This document shows positions 15,474-24,675 of a stretch of 46,824 nt of DNA, piece after piece. Source of the stretch: a virus (lineage: Duplodnaviria; Heunggongvirae; Uroviricota; Caudoviricetes); the IMG/VR virus record IMGVR_UViG_3300020156_000003, positions 1-46,824 of that record. One strand, 5' to 3'. Positions within the stretch are counted from its first letter, which is position 1; every line of letters begins with the position of its first letter. The notes beneath the pieces are model-generated. The model was not told the DNA's origin, did no database searches, and was given only the letters and a program-made list of their open reading frames with translations. Position numbers and translations under genes: made by a program.

Positions 15474-16114
15474 AGATCCAGAAATGGGGCATCGAGCGCG
15501 TCATCCCCTACGAACTGAACGCGAAAATCCATGATCCCGAGCAGGTCAAGCGTATCGCCAAGTCGATCGCCGAGCTTGGATGGGATCAGCCCATCGTGGT
15601 GGACAAGAACGGCGTGATCATCAAGGGTCACGGCCGGCGCCTGGCCGCCATCTCGCTCGGTTACAAGGAAGTGCCGGTCTTGGTGCGTGACGACCTGACG
15701 CCGGATCAGGTGAAGGCCGCGCGCCTGGCGGACAACCGCGTTGCCATCGGCAACATCGACGCCGAGCTGCTTGCCAAAGACCTGGCCGATCTCGAATTCG
15801 ACCTGACCGGCATTTTCGACGCCAAGGAGCTGGAGTTCGTCACGGCCGATCTGGGCGAGCTGAACCAGGATGCCTTCGTTGCCGACCTGGACGCGGAGAT
15901 TGCCGCGCAGGCCGACGAGACGACCAACGCGATCGCCGCGGCGGCCGACAAGGCGGTGCCGATCCAGAAGGCGCTGGGCTTTAAGGCGATCAAGGGTTCC
16001 GACGAGCGCGCAGTTGCCATGTTCATGGCGCAGTTGGAGGCCGAGTCCGGATTGACCGGCGCAGAAGCCTTCATGGAATTCATTCGCGCTTTCGCTCCTG
16101 CGAGTAAGTCATGA
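15470..16114 (+). CDS. ParB N-terminal-domain protein 2
   Basis: IPYELNAKIH...SIAELGWDQPIVVD...IIKGHGRRLAA...RLADNR. Confidence 0.85.
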   Translation: MKIQKWGIERVIPYELNAKIHDPEQVKRIAKSIAELGWDQPIVVDKNGVIIKGHGRRLAAISLGYKEVPVLVRDDLTPDQVKAARLADNRVAIGNIDAELLAKDLADLEFDLTGIFDAKELEFVTADLGELNQDAFVADLDAEIAAQADETTNAIAAAADKAVPIQKALGFKAIKGSDERAVAMFMAQLEAESGLTGAEAFMEFIRAFAPASKS

Positions 16115-16122
16115 GTGACTGC
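16105..16122. promoter_or_regulatory. Operator copy over a stop/start junction
   Basis: TAAGTCA-tgag-TGACTGC. Confidence 0.55.
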
Positions 16123-16719
16123 ATTCGCGTCGCAGTTGTCGCGTTTGTGACGGCCGTGTTGCTCGCCTGCGGCGGAGGAGGCGAGGGCGGCGCATCGCCG
16201 CGCACGGTCGTTGAGCTGTACGGCGAATCGACCATGACCGGCTACGGCGCGACCACCAGTCTGCCCGCCGAGCTGCAAAAGCTGCGCCCCGACCTGGAGG
16301 TTATCGGGCGCGGCGTCAACAGCACGACAGCCAGCGACCAACTGAAGACCTGGAACCCGCAAGCGTCGCCGGCACGGCTCGTCGTCATCAACCGCGGCAT
16401 CAATGAGCCGTACCGGGGCGTGCCGCCCGAACAGTTCCGCGCCGATCTCGCCCTGCTGGTGCGGCAGGCGCGCGACGCCGGCAAGCACGTCATCCTCCAG
16501 ACCCCAAACCCCGTGACCGGCGAGCTGGCCGCCGGCGTGCAGACAAGCGCGCAGGTAGTGCGGGAGGTCGCGTCCGCGATGAATGTGCCGCTGTCGGACG
16601 CCAACGCCATCCCAAACGCTGCCTCCCTGCTCGTCGACCCGCTGCACCCGAGCAACGCGCTGATCGGCCTGATGGCGTCCGATCTGGCGCGACTCATTCC
16701 CACCGAAAGGAGCAAGTAA
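16111..16719 (+). CDS. SGNH/GDSL-type hydrolase lipoprotein
   Basis: Lipobox LLAC; block I LYGEST, block III NRGINE, block V DPLHP. Confidence 0.75.
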   Translation: MSDCIRVAVVAFVTAVLLACGGGGEGGASPRTVVELYGESTMTGYGATTSLPAELQKLRPDLEVIGRGVNSTTASDQLKTWNPQASPARLVVINRGINEPYRGVPPEQFRADLALLVRQARDAGKHVILQTPNPVTGELAAGVQTSAQVVREVASAMNVPLSDANAIPNAASLLVDPLHPSNALIGLMASDLARLIPTERSK

Positions 16720-16883
16720 TGGACAAATTTTGGATGTGGTTGGCCTGGCGCCTGCCGCGACGTGCCGCGTATTGGGCGGCGTGCCGCGTGATGGCCCACG
16801 CCACGGTCGTTTATTCGACCAAAACCGCTTGCGAGCTATCGCCGGCCGACTGCCTGAAGGCATGGAGCGAAAAAGCGAAATGA
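16719..16883 (+). CDS. Small Trp-rich protein, 54 aa
   Basis: TAATG and ATGA coupling; MDKFWMWLAWRLP... Confidence 0.55.
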   Translation: MDKFWMWLAWRLPRRAAYWAACRVMAHATVVYSTKTACELSPADCLKAWSEKAK

Positions 16884-17536
16884 CCATTTACACCGTAGAC
16901 AAACGCTTCCACACGGAAGTTGAGCGCACGCCGCGCGTACTGGAGATCGCCGAAGCCTTCGGCCTGGGCCTGGACGACAAGGAGTTCGTCGTCTTCGATA
17001 ACCAGCCGATCGAGATCGAGCAGGGCGACGTGGTGTATGTGACCGGCCAGTCCGGCGCCGGCAAGTCGACCGTGCTGCGCGAGCTGAAAAGCCAGATGGA
17101 AGCGGCCGGTCACCAGATCGCCGACATCGACGCTATCCCGATGGTCAATTCGCCGCTGATCGACCAGATCGGCAAGAACACCACCGAGGCGCTGAACTTC
17201 CTGTCGATCGCCGGCCTGAACGACGCCTACCTGTTCATCCGGAAGCCCCATGAGCTGTCCGACGGCCAGCGCTACCGCTTCAAGCTCGCCAAGATCATCG
17301 AATCCGGCGCGAAGGTCTGGGTCGCCGACGAGTTCCTGGCCGTCCTCGACCGCACCACGGCCAAGGTGATCGCCTTCAACTTGCAGAAGGTCGCGCGCAA
17401 GCTCGGCGCCACGCTGATGGTCGCCACCACCCATACCGACATGGTCGCCGACCTGGCGCCCACCGTCTACATCGAGAAACGCTACCGCGAGAAGATCCAG
17501 ATCGTTCGCGCACCGGAAGGACTGAAGAATGCATAA
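16880..17536 (+). CDS. Stand-alone ABC-type ATPase
   Basis: Walker A GQSGAGKST, signature LSDGQR, Walker B WVADEF, ATTH; no TM partner. Confidence 0.9.
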   Translation: MTIYTVDKRFHTEVERTPRVLEIAEAFGLGLDDKEFVVFDNQPIEIEQGDVVYVTGQSGAGKSTVLRELKSQMEAAGHQIADIDAIPMVNSPLIDQIGKNTTEALNFLSIAGLNDAYLFIRKPHELSDGQRYRFKLAKIIESGAKVWVADEFLAVLDRTTAKVIAFNLQKVARKLGATLMVATTHTDMVADLAPTVYIEKRYREKIQIVRAPEGLKNA

Positions 17537-17858
17537 CACCGACGACGCCAAGTTCATGGATGACGTACTGAAGCGCTCCTACGGCGCCCCGGTGGTGGTC
17601 ATGTTCCATTCGCCCACCTGCGGCCCCTGCGCCTCCATGAAGCCGATGATCGAGCGCCTGGCGACTGAGTTGGGCTTTTTGCTGGTTGGCGTGGACGCCT
17701 CGCGCAACCGCGGTCTGGTCACGTCCGAGTCCGTACGTGCGGTGCCAACCATGATGATCTACAAGAACGGCAAGCAGCACGGATCTTCCCTGGCCGGCGC
17801 CAAGACGGAGCCGGTGGTTCGCTCCTACCTGCACGCCCACGGCGTCGCTGGAGCCTAA
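17529..17858 (+). CDS. Thioredoxin-family protein
   Basis: CGPC active site; VRAVPT cis-Pro motif. Confidence 0.85.
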   Translation: MHNTDDAKFMDDVLKRSYGAPVVVMFHSPTCGPCASMKPMIERLATELGFLLVGVDASRNRGLVTSESVRAVPTMMIYKNGKQHGSSLAGAKTEPVVRSYLHAHGVAGA

Positions 17859-17859
17859 C

Positions 17860-17982
17860 GTGGGCGCATTCGTCCTTGACCTGCTTGGCACCTTCACGCT
17901 TCTGGGCCTGATCTGGGGCGTGTGCGCCATCTTCGACTACTTCGACAACGACAACGACGACGATCCGTGGAGCTACGCATGA
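17860..17982 (+). CDS. Possible small membrane peptide, 40 aa
   Basis: GTG after SD GGAG; one TM helix and acidic tail; ATGA overlap. Confidence 0.45.
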   Translation: MGAFVLDLLGTFTLLGLIWGVCAIFDYFDNDNDDDPWSYA

Positions 17983-18440
17983 CACACGAACAATTTTCCT
18001 TCTGGCTGGAAGGCTACCTGGCCGCGGGCGGCACCGACATCGCGGTGATCCGCGCCAAGCTGGCTGAGATCCGCCTGCCGAACCCGCACATGCCCCACGT
18101 CGGCATTCGCACGCCACAAAAGTGGCCTGAAAAGACGCCCATCTTTGGGCCGGACAACACAATGACGCGCACCCTGGAGCTGCGGCCGAGCGGCTTCCCG
18201 ACCGGGCCGGTCGTAACCAGTTACCTTGCCGGGAATGACCGCGTCCTGCTGTGCGACGCTGTCGCCAAAGGGGCGGGCGCTGACAACGCCGGCACCTGGG
18301 TGGGCGGCCACATCGATGACCAGCGCGAAGCCCTCCATGCCGCACGCTCGCGCACTGCGGCGCAAGCGTATGCCGAGCAGGAGGAGATCGACACCCAGAA
18401 TGCCCTGCACACGCTGCGCCGGTCCTCGGAGGCGCACTGA
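17979..18440 (+). CDS. Hypothetical protein, 153 aa
   Basis: MTHEQFSFWLEGYL N-terminus; coupled to both neighbours. Confidence 0.6.
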   Translation: MTHEQFSFWLEGYLAAGGTDIAVIRAKLAEIRLPNPHMPHVGIRTPQKWPEKTPIFGPDNTMTRTLELRPSGFPTGPVVTSYLAGNDRVLLCDAVAKGAGADNAGTWVGGHIDDQREALHAARSRTAAQAYAEQEEIDTQNALHTLRRSSEAH

Positions 18441-19429
18441 TGATCGTCGCCGACAACGCCGACATCCTGATCGAGCGCCGACAGGTTCCCGCCGGCCACG
18501 CGCTGTCGCTGCTGTCGCAGATTTACGTCGAGCGCGGCACCAAAGCCGATTGGGATCTGCTGCATGAACTGCACTACAAGGCGGAGAACCTGGGGATCGG
18601 GCCGAAAATCTACCGCTGCGTGCTGGACGGGCAGGTGATCGGCGTGGGCGTCATGACGGTGCCCAAGATGCTGCTGTCGGGCCGCAACGAAGCGATGCCC
18701 CACATGCGCCCGAACACCAATGGACGCGACAGCAAGCTGATCAACCGTCACCGCGCCCTGTGGTTGAACGCGCACTCCTGCACGAACTCGCGACTGGTGC
18801 TGGATACCATGTACCGCGGCGCCGGCATTGCGTACCGGATGCAGAACCTCATGATGCGCATGACGGGCTGCCGCTTCGTGGAGTTCCAGTCGAGCATGAG
18901 CAAGTTCAACCCGTTCGCGGCCAAGGCCGGCATGAAGTTCACCAAGCCGCGTCGCTCGGGCAATTACGAGAAGGGGCTGGCATTCTTTCGGCGCTGGTTC
19001 ACGTCCATGCCGATGGATTACGTGGGCGTCAAGGCCGAGATCGAGGCGTTTCCGCCGGCCGTCCGCGACAAGTGCATCGCCGAGATGCGCAAGTTCTACT
19101 ACACCTGCTCCAGCATGGAAAAGTCGGGCGACAACCGCGCCAACGGCACATCGCGCGTCGAGGCGATGGAGGTCGGCTACCTGCTCAAGTCCCTGCAACA
19201 GCTCGTCCTGGCGAGTCCGCTGTACGGCATTTTTGAGAATCCCGACTTCGGCCAAGCGCTGCCGGCACGTCTGCCGCTGGTGGCGTTCGACAACCAACCC
19301 CTGACCGCGCCGCTGGATGTTGCCGCGGCCAACGAACAAATGAGCCGAGTCGAATGCCGCGAGGCGATCGCGTCGGCCATGCAAGCCTTTGATGAGGATG
19401 AAGATGCACCTGACGGCCAAGCAGATTGA
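18440..19429 (+). CDS. GNAT-fold acetyltransferase-like protein (ABC-ATPase-associated)
   Basis: LHELHYK and RLVLDTMYRGAGIA acetyl-CoA-binding motif A. Confidence 0.75.
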   Translation: MIVADNADILIERRQVPAGHALSLLSQIYVERGTKADWDLLHELHYKAENLGIGPKIYRCVLDGQVIGVGVMTVPKMLLSGRNEAMPHMRPNTNGRDSKLINRHRALWLNAHSCTNSRLVLDTMYRGAGIAYRMQNLMMRMTGCRFVEFQSSMSKFNPFAAKAGMKFTKPRRSGNYEKGLAFFRRWFTSMPMDYVGVKAEIEAFPPAVRDKCIAEMRKFYYTCSSMEKSGDNRANGTSRVEAMEVGYLLKSLQQLVLASPLYGIFENPDFGQALPARLPLVAFDNQPLTAPLDVAAANEQMSRVECREAIASAMQAFDEDEDAPDGQAD

Positions 19430-19739
19430 ACTGCTGCGCGTGATCGCTGCCGGCAACGGGCCGGGCGAGCCGTGCGACCTGGACGAAATCCTGGAGCGCG
19501 TGCGCTATGAAACGACCAAGGCGAGCCTTCAGTTCTCGATCCGCGCGCTGATCCAACGCGGCCTGATCGAGAAGAAGGACGTGGAGAAGCGGCGCGGCCG
19601 GCAGCGGCGACCGATCGCCATCACGACCTTGGGACTTGGGTATGTCGGCGGGCCGAAGACAACGGCCCCCGCGAACCCCATCATTTCCACGGTCGAGGAC
19701 GATGCACTGGATGCCGCCCTGGAGCTTCTGGAGCCGTAG
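19404..19739 (+). CDS. Winged helix-turn-helix protein
   Basis: LTAKQIELL...DLDEILE...SLQFSIRALIQRGLIEK...ITTLG; SD GAGGA. Confidence 0.75.
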   Translation: MHLTAKQIELLRVIAAGNGPGEPCDLDEILERVRYETTKASLQFSIRALIQRGLIEKKDVEKRRGRQRRPIAITTLGLGYVGGPKTTAPANPIISTVEDDALDAALELLEP

Positions 19740-19757
19740 AGGTAATGGAAGCCTTTA

Positions 19758-19857
19758 CTTGGGACTCCCAAGCCGTTTCTATAAAGTATTTAATACTTAG
19801 AGAAAGTAAATAAGTAATGAAGAAAGTATTTGCGGAAAACGCTTGGGACTCCCAAGC
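19758..19857. repeat. Two CTTGGGACTCCCAAG palindromes flanking an AT-rich segment
   Basis: Copies at 19758-19772 and 19842-19856. Confidence 0.85.
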
Positions 19858-19944
19858 CACGGAACCAGAAGTAGAGGTCTGCGGAGAGGGATTTGACGCC
19901 GGAAAGAAAAGCAACGCGGCTGCCCCGTTCCTTGCGTTAGAAGG

Positions 19945-19988
19945 TAAGTCACGAATGACTTGACAAAGTTGCGGAGATGGAATAAAGT
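19945..19988 (+). promoter_or_regulatory. Packaging-operon promoter with operator overlapping the -35
   Basis: TAAGTCA-cgaa-TGACTTG; TTGACA(19960)-17-TAAAGT. Confidence 0.8.
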
Positions 19989-20011
19989 TCGCCCTAGATT
20001 GTTCCTCCTAC

Positions 20012-20039
20012 GGGCGCCCTCCCTGCGCCCATTTTTTTT
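20012..20039 (+). terminator. Intrinsic terminator in the leader of terS
   Basis: GGGCGC-cctccct-GCGCCC-A-T8. Confidence 0.65.
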
Positions 20040-20057
20040 GCCTGAAGGAAACATGAA

Positions 20058-20714
20058 GTGACAAAAGCAGCAACGAAAGCGCCGACCGCAAAACGCCTGA
20101 CCCCGAAGCAGTGGGCCGAGGCGGAAGCGCTTTGGGAGTCCGGCGCCGTCACCTACGAAGACCTGCGCAAGAAGTTCGGGCTGGCTCAGTCCTCCTTCGA
20201 GCGCCATTTCAAGAAGAAGGGCATCGTCAAGGGCGCCAAGGCTGCCGCGACCAAGAAGAAGGTTGAGGAAAAGCTGGAAGCCGCGGCGATCGACGAAGCG
20301 ACGGTGCTGGCCGCCCGTATCCGCGAGACGAAAGAGCAGCACTACACGATGGCGAACAACATCGGCAAGCTGATCTGGAGCGAGATCCTGGAGGCCAAGC
20401 GCAACAGCCACCCGATTGCAGTCGCCATGAACAACATCAAGACGCTGCGCGAGGCTGCGGCGTCCCTGGCGATTGTGCGCGCCGAGAAGTGGAGCGTGCT
20501 GGGCCTGGACAAGCCCGACGCCGTGGATCCGGATGAGCTGCCAGAACTGGTGATCTCGGAACTGACGGCCGAGCAGATCGAGGAGCTGCGCCGCCGCGAC
20601 GAAGCCGATCTGGACGACCTGGAGAGCGCGCCGAACCAGAACGCGGTGCAGCCCGACGAGGAGGGCGCCGATCCTGACGAAGACGACGAGAACGACATCG
20701 TCGTGGAGAGCTGA
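20058..20714 (+). CDS. Terminase small subunit-like DNA-binding protein
   Basis: N-terminal HTH (RLTPKQWAEAEALW...LRKKFG), acidic tail, directly upstream of TerL. Confidence 0.75.
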   Translation: MTKAATKAPTAKRLTPKQWAEAEALWESGAVTYEDLRKKFGLAQSSFERHFKKKGIVKGAKAAATKKKVEEKLEAAAIDEATVLAARIRETKEQHYTMANNIGKLIWSEILEAKRNSHPIAVAMNNIKTLREAAASLAIVRAEKWSVLGLDKPDAVDPDELPELVISELTAEQIEELRRRDEADLDDLESAPNQNAVQPDEEGADPDEDDENDIVVES

Positions 20715-20716
20715 TC

Positions 20717-21982
20717 ATGGCGATGAAGGCGTCGCTGAAGCTCCATCCCAAGCAGATGCTCGTCTTCCGGTCGCCCAAGCGCTTTCGCGTGGTGGTGGCC
20801 GGTCGCCGTTGGGGCAAGACCGCGCTTTCACGCGTCCTGATCATCACCCGCGCCAAGAAACGCAAGTCGAAGATTTGGTATGTGGCGCCGACCTACAAGA
20901 TGGCAAAGCAGATCATGTGGAACGACCTGCTGGAAGCCATCCCAAAGCGCTGGATCAAGAAGGTCAATGAGACGCGTCTGGAAATCTCGCTGGTCAACGG
21001 CACCATCATCGAGCTGAAGGGCGCCGACAAGGGCGACTCGCTGCGCGGCGTTGGCGTGGACTTCCTCGTCCTTGACGAGTTCCAGGACATCGATCCGGAA
21101 ACCTGGACGAAGGTCTTGCGCCCGACCCTGGCAGACCGCCGCGGCGACGCGATCTTCATCGGCACCCCGAAGGCGTACAACTACCTCTACACGCTCTACA
21201 AATACGGACAGCGCGGCGAAACCTATGTCGATGACAAGGGCAGGACGCGGCGCAATAACTGGGAGAGCTGGCAGTTCCCGACCATCACATCGCCGTTCAT
21301 CCCGATCTCCGAGATTGAGGCTGCGCGCAACGACATGGACGAGAAGTCGTTCAAGCAGGAGTTCGAGGCGTCCTTCGAGACGATGTCCGGCCGCGTCTAC
21401 TACCCGTTCGACCGCAACGATCACGTCGGCCAGTATCCGTTCAACCCGAAGCTGCCGATCTGGGTGGGCATGGACTTCAACATCGACCCGATGTCCACCG
21501 TGATCTTCCAGCCGCAGAAGAACGGCGAGTTGTGGGCGGTGGACGAGATCGTGCTGTTTTCCTCGAACACCGAGGAAATCTGCGAGGAACTGGAGAAGCG
21601 CTACTGGCGCCATCAGGTGCAGATCGTGGTCTACCCCGACCCGGCCGGCGGCCAGCGCCAGCACGCGCGCGGCGAAACCGACCTGGACATCCTGCGCGAG
21701 AAGGGCTTTAAGCGCCTGAAGTTTCGCAAGAAGCATCCTGCGGTGGCCGACCGCGTCAACGCCGTCAACCGGATGCTGCGCGCGGCCGACGGCACCATTC
21801 GCCTGCGTGTGGACGAACGCTGCACGCACTTCATCAACGCCTTGGAGCAGACCATCTACAAGCCTGGCAGCCGCGACGTGGACAAGTCCGGCGGCACCGA
21901 GCACAGCGCCGACGCAGGCGGTTACTGCATCGAGCTGGAATTCCCGGTGCGTAAGGTTGAGATTGGCGGCCTGTCTCGATAG
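20717..21982 (+). CDS. terL: Terminase large subunit
   Basis: VAGRRWGKT, LRGVGVDFLVLDEFQD, IGTPK, GMDFNIDP nuclease motifs. Confidence 0.95.
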   Translation: MAMKASLKLHPKQMLVFRSPKRFRVVVAGRRWGKTALSRVLIITRAKKRKSKIWYVAPTYKMAKQIMWNDLLEAIPKRWIKKVNETRLEISLVNGTIIELKGADKGDSLRGVGVDFLVLDEFQDIDPETWTKVLRPTLADRRGDAIFIGTPKAYNYLYTLYKYGQRGETYVDDKGRTRRNNWESWQFPTITSPFIPISEIEAARNDMDEKSFKQEFEASFETMSGRVYYPFDRNDHVGQYPFNPKLPIWVGMDFNIDPMSTVIFQPQKNGELWAVDEIVLFSSNTEEICEELEKRYWRHQVQIVVYPDPAGGQRQHARGETDLDILREKGFKRLKFRKKHPAVADRVNAVNRMLRAADGTIRLRVDERCTHFINALEQTIYKPGSRDVDKSGGTEHSADAGGYCIELEFPVRKVEIGGLSR

Positions 21983-21984
21983 GC

Positions 21985-22014
21985 TTGACATATAAGTCAC
22001 CACTGAGTTACGAT
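21985..22014 (+). promoter_or_regulatory. Portal promoter with operator in the spacer
   Basis: TTGACA-18-TACGAT; TAAGTCA-ccac-TGAGTTA at 21993-22010. Confidence 0.75.
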
Positions 22015-22022
22015 CCAACGCT

Positions 22023-23660
22023 ATGAAAATCCAAAAGCCAGGCAACACCGCCGTCATCGACCCCAAGGACGCCACCGTCACGACGGCGGGCGCGCCTGCT
22101 ACGGACGAGCAAAAGCGGCTCAAGCACCTGATCTCCCGCCGCCACCCGAAATACGCCGACTTCCTGGAGCACTGGAGCTTCCTGGAGCAGACCTACGAGG
22201 GTGGCCGCGAGTGGTTCAAGGATCATATCTTCCGTTACATCAAGGAAGGCGATCAGGAATTCAAGGAGCGGCGTCAGCGGGCCTACCGCTTCAACCACAC
22301 CCGCGAAGTGGTCGACCTCCTGAACAAATACCTGTTCAAGCAGCACATCACCCGCAACGAGACAGACGCTCCCGAAAGCGTCAAACGCTTCTGGGCGCAG
22401 TCCACCAAGAATGGTCTGGGTATCCGCGACTTCGCGCGTCAGGCAAGCAAGAAAGCGTCGGTTGCGGGACGCATCGGCGTGGTGGTCGACAACAATGCCG
22501 CGCCTGGCGCGGTCATCTCCAAGGCTGATGAGAAGAAGGCCGGCGTGCGCACCTACGCCTACATCGTCGGCCCCAAGCAACTGCTGGACTACTCCTTCGA
22601 CGAGAACGGCGAGCTGAATTGGGCGCTGATTCTGGAGTCGGCGCGCGATGACGCCGATCCGATGGAGTCCTCCGGCGACGAGCGCCCGCGCTACCGCCTG
22701 TGGACGAAGACCGACTGGCTGCTGCTGGAGGAGTCCGGCAAGGGCGGCAAGAAACAGGTCAAGATCGTCGGCCGCGGCGCACACAAGCTCGATGAAGTGC
22801 CGGTCATCCTGCACGACAACATCATCTCCGACGAGGATTACATCGTGCCGTCGCTGATCGACGACATCGCCTATCTGGATCGCGCCACCGCGAACTACCT
22901 GTCCAACCTGGACGCGATCATCCAGGATCAGACCTTCTCGCAACTGGCGATGCCGGCGCAGAACGTCATGCCTGGTGATGACAACTACAACACGTTGCTG
23001 AACATGGGCACCAAGCGCGTGTTCCTGTATGACGGTGAGAGCGGCGTGCAGCCGCACTACCTGTCGCCGGATCCGAAGCAGGCGCAGATGATCCTGGCGG
23101 TCATCAACAAGATCATCAACGAGATTTATCACACCGTCGGCCTGGCCGGCGAGCGCACCAAACAGGATAACGCGGTGGGCATCGACAACAGCTCCGGCGT
23201 CGCCAAAGCCTACGATTTCGAGCGCGTCAACGCCCTCCTGCAAGCGAAAGCGGACAGCCTGGAAGCGTTCGAGAACAAGTTGGCGCGGCTGGTTGCGAAG
23301 TGGAACGGCGAGGACGGCAAGATCACAAAGGATCTCGTTACCTATCCGGACGACTTCGACACCCGCGGCCTGTATGACGAGTTCGACATTGCCGCCCGTC
23401 TGATGCTGGTGCAGGCGCCCGACGCAGTGCGTCGTCATCAGATGGAGACGGTGATCGACAAGCTGTTCCCACAACTGGCGGAAGACCTGAAGAAGACCAT
23501 GCTGGATGAACTTAAGGGCTGGCCGATCGACCCGATCGAGCAGGCCGCCGAGATGGCGAAGGCCACCGCGGTGGCGGCGCCCAAGGCGGGTGACCAACCC
23601 GCGAAGTCGCCGGCAGGGCAGGGGTCGGTAAAGAAGGACACGCCGGCCAAGAAAGATTAA
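22023..23660 (+). CDS. Portal protein
   Basis: Position after TerL, 545 aa, SGVAKAYDF motif. Confidence 0.85.
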   Translation: MKIQKPGNTAVIDPKDATVTTAGAPATDEQKRLKHLISRRHPKYADFLEHWSFLEQTYEGGREWFKDHIFRYIKEGDQEFKERRQRAYRFNHTREVVDLLNKYLFKQHITRNETDAPESVKRFWAQSTKNGLGIRDFARQASKKASVAGRIGVVVDNNAAPGAVISKADEKKAGVRTYAYIVGPKQLLDYSFDENGELNWALILESARDDADPMESSGDERPRYRLWTKTDWLLLEESGKGGKKQVKIVGRGAHKLDEVPVILHDNIISDEDYIVPSLIDDIAYLDRATANYLSNLDAIIQDQTFSQLAMPAQNVMPGDDNYNTLLNMGTKRVFLYDGESGVQPHYLSPDPKQAQMILAVINKIINEIYHTVGLAGERTKQDNAVGIDNSSGVAKAYDFERVNALLQAKADSLEAFENKLARLVAKWNGEDGKITKDLVTYPDDFDTRGLYDEFDIAARLMLVQAPDAVRRHQMETVIDKLFPQLAEDLKKTMLDELKGWPIDPIEQAAEMAKATAVAAPKAGDQPAKSPAGQGSVKKDTPAKKD

Positions 23661-23667
23661 CCAACCC

Positions 23668-23695
23668 GCCCGCCCAGAGAACCGGCGGGCATTTC
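23668..23695 (+). terminator. Possible terminator after portal
   Basis: GCCCGCC-9nt-GGCGGGC-atttc. Confidence 0.4.
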
Positions 23696-23733
23696 AACTC
23701 TGATGACCAAGAGAATGGTCGGAAAGGCAAGCG

Positions 23734-24603
23734 ATGCATAAGTGGTGGATGTTCAAGATGAATTCCTGGGGTCTGCAAGATCAAGCCAAGGGCGATGGCG
23801 ACCCCGGCGGCTCCGGCGGTGGTGGCGGTGGCGGTGATGACGACGCGGCAGCCAAGGCCAAAGCGGAAGCTGAAGCGGCGGCCGCAGCCGCGGCAGCCAA
23901 GAAGCCGACCGACGAGGAGGCCAAGCTGCTCAAGGAAGTGATGCAGAAGAAGGAGGCGCTGCAAAAGACGCAGGCCGACCTGACCGCGGCACAGGAGCGC
24001 CTGAAGGAATTCGACGGCATCGATCCGGCCGAGATCAAGAAGCTGCTCCAGGCGCAGAAGGACGCCGAAACCGCGCAGCTCGAAGCCAAGGGCGAATACG
24101 AGCGCGTCAAGCAGCGCATGGCCGAAGAACACGCCAACCAGACCAAGTCGCTCCAGGAGCAGATCGACGCCCTGAAGGCCCAGCTCGGCCAGAAGGACGG
24201 CGCCATCAATGAATTGTCCATTGGTGCGCAGTTTGCTCAATCGACCTTCATTGCCGAGGAGCTGACGCTGACCCCGTCCAAGGCGCGCGTGGTCTACGGC
24301 GAGCACTTCGATGTGGTTGACGGCAAGGTCGTTGCGTTTGACAAGCCGCGCGGCGCCACCAACCGCACCGCGCTGGTTGACCAGTACGGCAACAACGTTG
24401 GCTTCGACGAGGCGCTGCGCAAGATCGTGGACGCCGACCCCGACAAGGACGCTCTGTTGCGCAGCAAGGTCAAACCCGGCGCCGGCAGTGACAGCAAGAA
24501 GGCCGATCCGAAGCCCAAGCAGGAGATTGCGGACACGTCCACTGGCAAGATCGCCAACGGTCTGAAGTCGCTGAACCTGCTGAACACTGGCAAGATCGCT
24601 TAA
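23734..24603 (+). CDS. Capsid scaffolding protein
   Basis: Gly/Ala-rich then coiled-coil protein between portal and MCP; SD GGAAAGG. Confidence 0.8.
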   Translation: MHKWWMFKMNSWGLQDQAKGDGDPGGSGGGGGGGDDDAAAKAKAEAEAAAAAAAAKKPTDEEAKLLKEVMQKKEALQKTQADLTAAQERLKEFDGIDPAEIKKLLQAQKDAETAQLEAKGEYERVKQRMAEEHANQTKSLQEQIDALKAQLGQKDGAINELSIGAQFAQSTFIAEELTLTPSKARVVYGEHFDVVDGKVVAFDKPRGATNRTALVDQYGNNVGFDEALRKIVDADPDKDALLRSKVKPGAGSDSKKADPKPKQEIADTSTGKIANGLKSLNLLNTGKIA

Positions 24604-24613
24604 CGGCGTCACA

Positions 24614-24675
24614 TAAGTCACTGGTGACTTGACAGTAGCCAAAAAATCGGTTATTGTTCCGTCATCGGTGACTTA
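24614..24675 (+). promoter_or_regulatory. Capsid promoter flanked by two operators
   Basis: Operators 24614-24631 and 24658-24675; TTGACA(24629)-17-TATTGT. Confidence 0.8.

Noticed and set aside
14368-16114. ParB genes as a plasmid partition system
   Set aside because: No parA, and the proteins lack an obvious HTH/parS module; they look like the phage ParB-domain class
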